Shown: positions 1 through 8,801 of the stretch, in pieces
Position numbering within the stretch: the first letter of the stretch is position 1
Layout: every line of letters begins with the position of its first letter
Assembly: GCA_965238005.1 (NCBI GenBank)
Contig: OZ250165.1
Coordinates: 384,001 to 448,000 of the forward strand
Length of the DNA: 64,000 bases
Source of the DNA: Longimicrobiales bacterium
Lineage (GTDB): Bacteria; Gemmatimonadota; Gemmatimonadetes; Longimicrobiales; Gaopeijiaceae
Reading direction: 5' to 3'
Notes under the pieces: model-generated
Database searches by the model: none
What the model saw: only the letters and a program-made list of their open reading frames with translations
Told to the model about the DNA's origin: nothing
Position numbers and translations under genes: made by a program

Positions 1-1052
1 TGGAGATGCATGCTCGAGCTGATGTGCGGTGTCTTCTTGCCATGCTCGATGTGAGCCGCGATCGCCTCGTCGGTGAGTGCGGTGGCGAAGTCTGTTTTCC
101 AGTAATGCTGCATGCCCTTCGGGACGAGACCGTCGAAGGCGCTGTTGAGGACCGGGAACGGCATGACGTCGACCTGCTCCGCCTTCACTTCGGCAACGTC
201 GCGTAGTGGCTGAAGTACTTGCTCGGCCTCCTCGTGTGGACCGTTCCAGCAACTGACCAAGACGCAGAACAGATCTCCGACCCGGTCCTCGGGGATGAAG
301 GGCAGGGGAGGAGCTATCTGCCAGCCGAAGAAGCAGCCGAGCTGTTCGGGCGCATCGGCTATGAATTCGCGGTAGCACTCCAGGACTGCCGCGGCATCGC
401 CGACCTCATAGAACATCGGGCCGCCGACGATGTCACCGACCTTGTGGAGCTGAAACTCGAAACTGGTGACGACACCGAAGTTGCCGCCGCCGCCGCGCAG
501 GGCCCAGAACAAGTCTTCGTTCTGGTAGTCGCTCGCAGTCACCTGCCGGCCATCAGCAAGAACGACATCGGCCGACAGCAGGTTGTCGATGGACAACCCG
601 ACGCTGCGGGTCAGGTAGCCGAGGCCGCCACCCAGCGTCAGACCACCTACTCCGGTCGTCGAGACGACCCCGCCGGGCGCGGCCAAGCCGAACGGGTAGG
701 TCGCATGGTCGACATCACCCCACGTCGCGCCGCCCCCGACCCGGGCGACCTTCTTGTCCGGGTCGACCTGAACGTGGTTCATGGTCGACAGGTCGATGAC
801 CAGACCGTCGTCCACCGTGCCGAAGCCCGGAACGCTGTGGCCGCCACCGCGAACTCCGAGGTCCAGGCCGCCGTCGCGGGCAGCGGCGACCGCGGCCATC
901 ACGTCGGCCGCATCCACGCACCGGATGACGGCACTGGGCTTGCGGTCGTGCATGGCATTGTAGACAACGCAAGCGTCGTCGTAGTCAGGATCCGAGGCGG
1001 TAATGACGCGCCCCCGTACCGCTTCGGTCAGTGCCTCGATCATGTCGCTCAT
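1..1052 (-). CDS. FAD-binding oxidoreductase (BBE/VAO-like), truncated by window edge; not in ORF track
   Basis: Hand translation from ATG 1052 (SD GAAAGG): MSDMIEALTEAVRGRVITASDPDYDD...VRGGGHSVPG...TGVGGLTLGGG...DLFWALRGGGGNFGVVT, the typical FAD-linked oxidase motifs. Confidence 0.9.
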   Translation of the reverse strand, partial: MSDMIEALTEAVRGRVITASDPDYDDACVVYNAMHDRKPSAVIRCVDAADVMAAVAAARDGGLDLGVRGGGHSVPGFGTVDDGLVIDLSTMNHVQVDPDKKVARVGGGATWGDVDHATYPFGLAAPGGVVSTTGVGGLTLGGGLGYLTRSVGLSIDNLLSADVVLADGRQVTASDYQNEDLFWALRGGGGNFGVVTSFEFQLHKVGDIVGGPMFYEVGDAAAVLECYREFIADAPEQLGCFFGWQIAPPLPFIPEDRVGDLFCVLVSCWNGPHEEAEQVLQPLRDVAEVKAEQVDVMPFPVLNSAFDGLVPKGMQHYWKTDFATALTDEAIAAHIEHGKKTPHISSSMHL

Positions 1053-1125
1053 TGGGTGCTCCTTTCTCGGGTTCACAAAAGATGCCCCAAGGATGCACCC
1101 TCAGGCGTTCCCGAAGCGTTCCCTC

Positions 1126-4100
1126 TTAACCGGGCTCGCTCAGCAGGCCTATTGCCGCACGGAACGCCGGGAGATCATGGCCCGACGGAATGGTGTCGAC
1201 GAGGTCCCCAAGTTGCTCACGCACTGTCTGATCGGGAAATCGACTGGCGAGGGAGTGAAGCGCCCGAAGCTCCAACCAGCCCGCGCCTTGTGCGGAGGCG
1301 AGCTCGACGGCATTGCGCAGAGACGCGGCTGCGGCTTCGGCTTCTCCGCTGCGATACGCCAGCTCCCCATCGACTCGCCACAGCTCGGCCTCGAGATAGC
1401 GCTGGTTGCAGCTGTGTGACCATGAGAGCCCCTCGCGTGTGGCGGCTCGTCCTTGCTCGAACTCACCGGCCATGCTACGAGCCCGGGCGAGCAGCAGGAG
1501 ACAGTAGGTCAGGTGCAGGGTCTCCCCCTCGGTACGCGAGCGCGCCACCGACCGCACGATCTTCTCGATGCCCCCGAGCGATCCCTCGCAGACGTCCAGC
1601 CAGCCCCGAAGGGCCTCCAGGACGACTACGAGGTAGCGCTCCGAAAGACGCCGCCACAGAAGCCCAGCGTCGCCGAGGAGCTCGGCGAGGCGGACGAGGT
1701 CTTCGGATTCGGCCGCGATGATCGCCGCGTAAGTGGTGACGTACCCCAACGTCATCAGGTGATCGAGATCGACGGCGATCTCAAGAGCGGATCGGGCCGT
1801 CTCGTTGGCCCGGCCGGCATCTCCAGCCCACAGCTCGACCCACGCCAGCCGTACGAGGCAAACCGCCCTCGGGTCCTGGGCGTACAAGGCCAGATGCTCA
1901 TCGCGATGAGACACGTCATAGGCTTCAATAGCGCCTTCGAGATAGTGCCGGGCCATAGCCAGATCGCCCCGCCAGAACGCACTCACGCCGAGGAGATATC
2001 GGCCCTCTGTCCTGGCGATCGGATCATGCCTCTCATCGTCGAGGAGGGCCTGGCCGAGTTCACTGCAATCGTCGAAGCGGCAGCCCTGCAGCCGGGCGAG
2101 GCCGAGACCGCGCAGAATCGGTGCGTCCACGGGTCGGTGAAGCTTGCGGCAAAGCGAGAGGGCTCGTTCATAGAGTCGGTGCGCACTGTTGGAGCCGTAG
2201 CCCTCGAGGGCCACAAGGGGTGATCCGAGAGCGATCCGCACGTCGAGTTCGAGCGCATCGCGGTCGGGCGACGTCGGCAGGTCAGCAAGCAGTGAGAGTG
2301 CTCGCCGAAACATGGTGACCGCTTCATCGAGAGCCGACACCGCCACCGATTGGGCCCCCGCCGTGCGGTAGGCATCGATGGCCGGTTCGACCATGCCGGC
2401 CTGGTCGTAGTGCGCGGCCAGCTGCGGGCCGGCCGCGTCGATGTGGTCCTGGAACTCGACCGCGATCGCCTCGGCGACGGCCCGGTGGAGTTGACGTCGA
2501 CGAGCTGGAGTGACCATCTCCAGGGCAACGGCCCGAAGCTTGTCGTGACTGAAATCGTACGTGAGGCCCTGATCGCGGATGATCCGTCGGCGCCAGAGTT
2601 CATCGACATGGTCAACCAGCTCGTGCTCACCGATCCCAGTGGCCGAAACGATCAGACCAACCGAGAACGGTCGACCGATGACCGCCGCCACCTCAGCGAG
2701 TCGCCGAGCGCCGTCAGGTAGCTGGCCCAGTCGGGCGCGAAGCACCGCCCGCATTGTCGGTGTGAGCACTGCCTGACTTCCATCAGAGGAGATCCCGGCT
2801 CGAAGAGCTTCGATGACGAAAAGTGGATTGCCTTCGGTCTCGCTCCAGAGTTGTGCCGCCAGTTTCTGGTCAATCGTGTCTTCAGCGCCTAGCCGAGCAG
2901 CGAGGGTTGCCGTGGTGGCTTCATCGAGCGGGTCGAGTGGCACGGTGGTCACTGCCTGGTCGTGGCGCAAAGCGTCGACGAGTCCGACGAGGGGATGGTG
3001 CTCTGGGATCTCCTCCCAGCGGACGGTACCGACGATGAGGACCGGTGCCGTCTGTCCGGAACGGACAACGAAACCGATCAACTCGATGGTCTCGGCGTCA
3101 CACCACTGCAGATCGTCGATGATCAGCAAGCGCGGGCGGTCGCCGACGACGATGGCTCGGTTCACAGCATCGAACAATCGATGGCGTTGAGCCAGGTCGC
3201 CCGACTGGCTCGGTCCAGATGGCTGGGAAGCGTCGAGGAGTTCGGGCAGGAGGCGAGCGAGCTCGGCCCTCCAGACCGTTTCGAGCGTGTCGATGTGGCT
3301 CCGGAGAGCATCCGATCGGAGTAGGTCGATGACGGGACCCCACGGCAGTCTGCCCGCAGCCTCGTACGCACGAGCCGATGCCACCATGTGTCCCTCTGCT
3401 CGAACGCGCCTGCCGATCTCCATTGCGAGACGGGACTTTCCGATCCCCGGTTCCCCGGTCACCAACAAGAGATGTGCCCCACCTTGCCGCGCGGTATTCC
3501 AGGCCTCGTTGAGCTGGTTCAACTCCAGGTCGCGGCCCACGAAAGGCGATTCGGCGACGGGTGCCAGGTTCTCACCGTGCACTTCGTCGCGGTTGATTGT
3601 GCCGGCCCGGAGCTGTTGGTACATGGCCCCGATCGCCTCGCCCGGTGCCACCCCGAGGTCGCGCTCGAGCACCTCTGCATACCGGTGGTAGGAGCGCAGC
3701 GCAGCGGCTCTATCGCCAAGTGCGAGATGTGCTTCCATCTGAAATCGGACGGCCGCTTCGTCGGTCGGCTCCAGGCCGATGACGCGTTGGGCATGCTTGA
3801 TCGTGGCCTTCTGTTCGCCGCGCCCCGCAGCCTGTTCTGTCAGCCGCACGAAGGCCCCGTACGCCTCAGCTCGAAGTTTCGCTCGCTCGTCCAGGACCCA
3901 GTCGTCATAGCAAGCTGGAAGGAGATCGCCCGAATAGAGGTGCGCGGCGAGCTCGAGATCACCGACCGCCAAGGCATCGCGGAACCTCAGCACGTCGACC
4001 TCGCTCGGCCCAGTCGGAATCCACCGGACAATCTCGTTGTCGATCTCGACGAACTCACCGATGTCGGGAAGGGAATGACGGAAGTCGTGGAGCAGCTTTC

Positions 4101-4332
4101 TGAGGTTGGTGCGCGCCTGACGTTCGTCGGAGTCGAGCCAGAGCTCGAACGCGAGTCGTGAGCGGTGCTGCAGGTCTCTCCGTATCGCGATCAACGCTAG
4201 AGACCGTTGCAAACGAAGAGAGTTGAAGGCGCGAAGACGCCGCCCGTCCAAGATGATCTCGACTACACCAAGAAGTCGGACCTCTAACCGCGCCGGCGCT
4301 CCGCCACTGACCCCGCTCGTGTCACTCGGCAT
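1126..4332 (-). CDS. SARP/BTAD + AAA ATPase + TPR transcriptional regulator
   Basis: N-terminal VRLLG/BTAD region (LYSGDLL..YDDWV), Walker A GEPGIGKS, Walker B LLIIDDLQW, TEGNPLF, helical C-terminus. Confidence 0.88.
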   Translation of the reverse strand: MPSDTSGVSGGAPARLEVRLLGVVEIILDGRRLRAFNSLRLQRSLALIAIRRDLQHRSRLAFELWLDSDERQARTNLRKLLHDFRHSLPDIGEFVEIDNEIVRWIPTGPSEVDVLRFRDALAVGDLELAAHLYSGDLLPACYDDWVLDERAKLRAEAYGAFVRLTEQAAGRGEQKATIKHAQRVIGLEPTDEAAVRFQMEAHLALGDRAAALRSYHRYAEVLERDLGVAPGEAIGAMYQQLRAGTINRDEVHGENLAPVAESPFVGRDLELNQLNEAWNTARQGGAHLLLVTGEPGIGKSRLAMEIGRRVRAEGHMVASARAYEAAGRLPWGPVIDLLRSDALRSHIDTLETVWRAELARLLPELLDASQPSGPSQSGDLAQRHRLFDAVNRAIVVGDRPRLLIIDDLQWCDAETIELIGFVVRSGQTAPVLIVGTVRWEEIPEHHPLVGLVDALRHDQAVTTVPLDPLDEATTATLAARLGAEDTIDQKLAAQLWSETEGNPLFVIEALRAGISSDGSQAVLTPTMRAVLRARLGQLPDGARRLAEVAAVIGRPFSVGLIVSATGIGEHELVDHVDELWRRRIIRDQGLTYDFSHDKLRAVALEMVTPARRRQLHRAVAEAIAVEFQDHIDAAGPQLAAHYDQAGMVEPAIDAYRTAGAQSVAVSALDEAVTMFRRALSLLADLPTSPDRDALELDVRIALGSPLVALEGYGSNSAHRLYERALSLCRKLHRPVDAPILRGLGLARLQGCRFDDCSELGQALLDDERHDPIARTEGRYLLGVSAFWRGDLAMARHYLEGAIEAYDVSHRDEHLALYAQDPRAVCLVRLAWVELWAGDAGRANETARSALEIAVDLDHLMTLGYVTTYAAIIAAESEDLVRLAELLGDAGLLWRRLSERYLVVVLEALRGWLDVCEGSLGGIEKIVRSVARSRTEGETLHLTYCLLLLARARSMAGEFEQGRAATREGLSWSHSCNQRYLEAELWRVDGELAYRSGEAEAAAASLRNAVELASAQGAGWLELRALHSLASRFPDQTVREQLGDLVDTIPSGHDLPAFRAAIGLLSEPG

Positions 4333-4520
4333 GGCGTGCCCTAATGTGATCGAGCACCGTGAGGTTGTCCTCTGCGCGGTCTCTCAAAGGTCTATCCCGG
4401 CAGGCATAGTAGCCACTGGACGAGACCTTCAGGCAACTGCACATCAGGCGAACCGGGAACGCGTCGCTGCCACGCTCGATCATGCAGAGGCGCGTCGCCG
4501 CTCAGCCGTCTCGAAGTAGC
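4322..4520 (-). pseudogene. IS3-family transposase relic (OrfA/OrfB junction)
   Basis: From ATG 4483: MIERGSDAFPVRLMCSCLKVSSSGYYACRDRPLRDRAEDNLTVLDHIRARHAE*, similar to the OrfB start at 35330 (FPVRAMCRVLDLSPSGYYAW). Confidence 0.75.
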
Positions 4521-5514
4521 AGCCGAACCGCCAAGGGCACGTGTCAGGGCCTTGGAACAGCACCCGTCGCACTCTCCATCCCGCGTCGCCTCGCGCAGAT
4601 GGCCCAAACCTGCCGTCCCCCCCAAGGAACGTCCGAGTCTGTGTCGCAAGGTCGCGCAACTGCAAGCTCAAGCCCATGAGCAACATTGGCACCGGGAGGA
4701 AGAACCCACCAGCGAACACGGATCGGCGGCTCCGTAACCACCCGCAGCGACGTGAGAACTATGGTCGGCACGTCTCGCGGAAGTGGGACAGCAACGACTT
4801 TGTCCTGCTCCATGAATTGCTGCAGGTCCTGGACCTCCCTGAGGACTGTCTCAATCTCAGGGCCAGGCAATTGGAAGACATCTCTGAGTGTCGTTCTGAG
4901 TGCCGATGGGTCGAGCGCCTCGAAGACTTGGTTGCCGAGCAAGAATACGGGGGCTATGCGCTACGCGCACGGACTATCGGCTGCCGTTACATCCCAAGGA
5001 TAGCAGCGGAACGCGAGCAGGACTGGGCGGTGTCGAGGCGGCTTCTCAAACTGTGCCAAAAAACTGCGTCGTTACCCACCGACGCTCACCGACGTCCACC
5101 AACGCCGCTGATGCGTTCCCAAGGCAGGTGCGCGACTGAGTCGAGATGCCGTCCCCGTATCGGAGTCTCCACGGCCGCCCATTCCATCCGATCACCCTTC
5201 GGTGTGCCCTTACCCTGAGTCCTCCCTCCAACTGGACCATCCATCACTGCACGCCATACCTTGGCTCTTGGACCAATTAGGCGGTTGGATCTCCTATCCT
5301 CGAACAACTGCCAATGCGATCGGCGCTGCCGGTGCCCAACCACGTCGCACGGTGCGGCCGACGCCGCGGCTGCGTTCACCTCGTTGAAGGCCAGCAGGGC
5401 GCGGCGGGAGTGAGGCCAGCCCAGCTCGCATCAGAACACACGCGCTGACATCCTTTACGCGTCAGCGCGCCCGTGATTCCGACCACTTGGTGGTCAATGC
5501 CAAAGGAGTGCCCC

Positions 5515-7209
5515 GTGTCAGATCCGATCGAGCAAGCCGAGTCCATGAGTGACGACCCAAGGGTTGGCGAACGGCAACCGAGCCCCGGCCTCAGTCGTCG
5601 GGAGTTCCTCGGCATCACCGCGGCGGGCAGCACGATTGCGCTTGCCGGACCGTTGGGCTGTGCCCCGGCGGAGACCGGCAGTACGGGGCGAGGGTTCAAT
5701 ATTCCGGAGTCGGAATTAGATGAGGTAACGGTTGCCGATCTTCAGGAGGCGATGGAATCAGGCCGGTGGTCAGCCGCGCGTATATCGGAGATGTATCTGT
5801 CCAGGATCGAGGCGGTTGATCGAAGCGGCCCGACACTTCGGTCTGTCATCGAGACCAACCCCGATGCCCTGTCGATTGCCAGGGAGTTGGATGATGAGCG
5901 CGCCAGGGGCAATGTCCGTGGGCCGCTGCATGGTATTCCGGTCCTGATCAAGGACAACATTGGAACGGCGGATCGGATGAATACGACTGCTGGCTCGTAC
6001 GCGCTCGAAGGTGCGGTTCCGGCGGAGGACTCATTCGTTGCCAGGCGGCTGCGTGAGGCGGGCGCGATCATCCTCGGCAAAGCAAACCTCAGCGAATGGG
6101 CGAACTTCCGCTCGACCCGCTCGTCGAGCGGATGGAGCGGGCGCGGTGGTCAGTGCAAGAATCCCTATGTACTCGACCGCAATCCGGACGGATCGAGCTC
6201 GGGTCCCGGCGCTGCGGCTGCTGCCAATCTCGCCGCGCTCGCCATCGGTACCGAAACCAATGGATCCATTGTCAATCCCTCCTCGGCCAACGGTCTCGTC
6301 GGCATCAAGCCAACCGTAGGCCTGTGGAGTCGAAGTCGCATCATTCCCATTTCTCACTCTCAGGATACCGCAGGACCCATGACCAGAACGGTCCGCGACG
6401 GCGCAGTCTTACTCGGCGCATTGACGGGCGTCGATCCTAGCGATCCGGCTACGAGCGCCAGTAGGGGGAACGCACAGTCCGACTACACACAGTTCCTCGA
6501 TCGGGACGGGCTGCGAGGCGCCCGCGTCGGCGTTGCCCGTCAGTACTTCGGGCGTCACGAGCGGATCGACGCGCTGATGGAAGATGCGATCGCCGCGCTG
6601 GCGGAAGCGGGTGCCATGGTGGTGGATCCGGTTGAGCTCACGACCAGAGATGAGCTGCGGCAGCACACCCGCGACATTCTGCTATACGAGTTCAACGCAG
6701 ATATGAAGGCCTATCTCGACGATTTGGGTCCAGCGACCACGATGCGTTCGTTGGCCGATCTCATCGATTTCAACAACCAGAACCGTGACCGCGAGCTTCA
6801 GTACTTTGGACAGGAAGTCTTCGAGCAGTCCGAGGAAAAAGGCCCGCTCACCGATCGTGAGTACCAGGACGCCTTGGCCAACGCGCACCGACTGTCGCGA
6901 GACGAGGGAATCGATGCGGTCATGAACGAGCACCAATTGGACGCCATCATCGCCCCAGCCGGGGGTCCGGCCTGGATGATTGATCTCATCAACGGTGATC
7001 ACTATCAGGGTGGAAGTTCGACCTTCGCGGCGGTGTCAGGCTACCCGAACGTGACGCTCCCAATGGGGACGGTGTTCCGGTTGCCCGTTGGAATGTCGAT
7101 CTTTGGTCGAGCCTGGAGCGAACCGACCTTACTTCGAATCGCATACGGGTTCGAGCAAGTCACGCAGCATCGGCAGCCGCCGACGTTCTTGCCCACCCTG
7201 GAGTTGTGA
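5515..7209 (+). CDS. Amidase-signature family amidase with Tat signal (probable lipoprotein)
   Basis: LSRREFLG Tat motif, PLGC, GPLHGIPVLIKDNI, GSSSG, IGTETNGSI; SD AAAGGAG before GTG 5515. Confidence 0.92.
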   Translation: MSDPIEQAESMSDDPRVGERQPSPGLSRREFLGITAAGSTIALAGPLGCAPAETGSTGRGFNIPESELDEVTVADLQEAMESGRWSAARISEMYLSRIEAVDRSGPTLRSVIETNPDALSIARELDDERARGNVRGPLHGIPVLIKDNIGTADRMNTTAGSYALEGAVPAEDSFVARRLREAGAIILGKANLSEWANFRSTRSSSGWSGRGGQCKNPYVLDRNPDGSSSGPGAAAAANLAALAIGTETNGSIVNPSSANGLVGIKPTVGLWSRSRIIPISHSQDTAGPMTRTVRDGAVLLGALTGVDPSDPATSASRGNAQSDYTQFLDRDGLRGARVGVARQYFGRHERIDALMEDAIAALAEAGAMVVDPVELTTRDELRQHTRDILLYEFNADMKAYLDDLGPATTMRSLADLIDFNNQNRDRELQYFGQEVFEQSEEKGPLTDREYQDALANAHRLSRDEGIDAVMNEHQLDAIIAPAGGPAWMIDLINGDHYQGGSSTFAAVSGYPNVTLPMGTVFRLPVGMSIFGRAWSEPTLLRIAYGFEQVTQHRQPPTFLPTLEL

Positions 7210-7260
7210 CTGGAAGGCGTTGAGCCCCCCTTGACCTCGCGCCCTCCTTCGTGAATATTG

Positions 7261-7275
7261 CTTGTGTACTACAAC
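7261..7275. promoter_or_regulatory. Putative MarR operator, (C/G)TTG-N7-CAAC
   Basis: CTTGTGTACTACAAC, downstream of a TTGACC -35-like hexamer (7231) and 14 nt before marR; related site at 7827. Confidence 0.45.
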
Positions 7276-7289
7276 TATCAGCGGACGCC

Positions 7290-7781
7290 ATGCCGACCAC
7301 CATCGCCGACAAGAGCATCGCCGAGGACGCTCGGGCCCTATCGCAGGCGTTCTCGGAGCTGATCCGCCTGGTCCAGTTCCGTGATCGGGATCGGGCCTGC
7401 TGCTACGGGCTGACGGTGAGCCAGTGCTATGGGCTGAAGGCGGTGTGCGAGACGGGACCGCTGAGCGTGAACGAGCTCGCCGGCGCCCTCTACCTGGAGA
7501 AGAGCACGGCCAGCCGGCTCGCCAGGGGACTGGAGGACGCGGGTCTGGTCGAGCGCTCCACCCACCAGGAGGACCGGCGCTCCGTGCGCCTCGCCGCCAC
7601 CGCGGCGGGCCGGCGCGCCTACGAGACCGTCGAGGCGGCACTCCAGACGGAGTACGCCGCCCTGCTCGAGGACTTCGAGCCCGAGGTGCGCTCCGGCATG
7701 ACCGAGCTCCTGGGTCGCCTCACTCGAGCGGTCGGCAGCCGTGTGGAGGCGGAGGGGGGAAGCTGCTGTGTGGTTCGCTGA
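7290..7781 (+). CDS. MarR-family regulator with vicinal cysteines
   Basis: wHTH (LSVNELAGALYLEKSTASRL...EDRRSV), DRACCYG near N-terminus, C-terminal GSCCVVR; upstream of arsM. Confidence 0.88.
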   Translation: MPTTIADKSIAEDARALSQAFSELIRLVQFRDRDRACCYGLTVSQCYGLKAVCETGPLSVNELAGALYLEKSTASRLARGLEDAGLVERSTHQEDRRSVRLAATAAGRRAYETVEAALQTEYAALLEDFEPEVRSGMTELLGRLTRAVGSRVEAEGGSCCVVR

Positions 7782-7826
7782 CCGCTTCGAGTCGCGTCCT
7801 AGGGGCCGTCTTCATTTCAAGTACAA

Positions 7827-7841
7827 GTTGTAACTGCCAAC
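7827..7841. promoter_or_regulatory. Second putative MarR operator, upstream of arsM
   Basis: GTTGTAACTGCCAAC, same GTTG-N7-CAAC dyad. Confidence 0.45.
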
Positions 7842-7856
7842 CATATGGTGAAGAAC

Positions 7857-8693
7857 ATGGAACACGACACCATCCGCGAAGCGGTCCGGGATCGCTACGC
7901 CACCATCGCAGACGACGAGGCCTCCTGTTGCGGTCCCTCGTGCTGCGCTTCCGGCGAGACCGACTCCGTCTCGACCGCCATGGGCTACGACGAGGAGCAG
8001 CTCGATAGCGTGCCCGAGGGCGCGGACCTGGGCCTGGGCTCCGGGAACCCCGTGGCCGCCGCCGGCCTCCAGGAGGGGGACACGGTGCTCGATCTCGGAT
8101 CGGGGGGCGGCATCGACTGCTTCCTGGCAGCCGAGAAGGTGGGCCCCACGGGCAAGGTGATCGGGGTCGACATGACGCCCGAGATGGTCGCCCGCGCCCG
8201 CAGGAACGCCGAGAAGGGCTCGTACCGGAACGTGGACTTCCGGCTGGGCGAGATCGAGGCCCTGCCCGTGGCCGACCGCACGGTGGACGTCGTCATCTCC
8301 AACTGCGTCATCAACCTCTCGCCCGAGCGTGACCGGGTCTTCGCCGAGGCCCTTCGGGCCCTCAAGCCGGGCGGCAGGCTGGTGATCTCCGATCTCGTAT
8401 GCCGGGGGCCGATCCCCGGAGCGCTACGTGAGGAGGCGGAGGCGGTGACGACCTGCCTTCCCGTCGAGGAGCACGAGTATCTGGCCGACCTGGAAAAGGC
8501 GGGGTTCACCGACGCGAAGGTGACGAACGCCCGGCCCTACCCCCGCGAGGTCTTGTCCTCGACGCCCATCGCCCGGAGCATCATCGAGAAGCACCCGGCG
8601 ATGGCCGAGTCTCTGGAAGAATTCGCCTCGTCGGTGAACGGCGCCATCATCGAGGCGCGGAAGCCGCTTGCGCCACTCACGTCGCGCGGATAA
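7857..8693 (+). CDS. arsM: Arsenite S-adenosylmethionine methyltransferase
   Basis: SCCGPSCC, LGLGSGNP, VLDLGSGGGIDCF, IGVDMTPEM, DVVISNCVINL, LKPGGRLVISD. Confidence 0.85.
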   Translation: MEHDTIREAVRDRYATIADDEASCCGPSCCASGETDSVSTAMGYDEEQLDSVPEGADLGLGSGNPVAAAGLQEGDTVLDLGSGGGIDCFLAAEKVGPTGKVIGVDMTPEMVARARRNAEKGSYRNVDFRLGEIEALPVADRTVDVVISNCVINLSPERDRVFAEALRALKPGGRLVISDLVCRGPIPGALREEAEAVTTCLPVEEHEYLADLEKAGFTDAKVTNARPYPREVLSSTPIARSIIEKHPAMAESLEEFASSVNGAIIEARKPLAPLTSRG

Positions 8694-8801
8694 TGCCGCA
8701 TCGGTATGATCCCCCTTTTCGGGGCAGCCAGTTGCGACCGACTTCGCCATCGCGTTGGCTGCCCCCAGACGGGAGCGCGTCCCAACGTGAGGAGCGACAC
8801 G

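Noticed and set aside
219..1721. 500-aa plus-strand ORF and many similar long antisense ORFs (for example 29018-30394, 57730-59208)
   Set aside because: Shadow frames of well-supported opposite-strand genes in high-GC DNA; no motifs
4544..5400. Possible hydrolase remnant and attC-like or recombinase-end-like sequence
   Set aside because: Too degenerate; no complete motif or dyad can be shown
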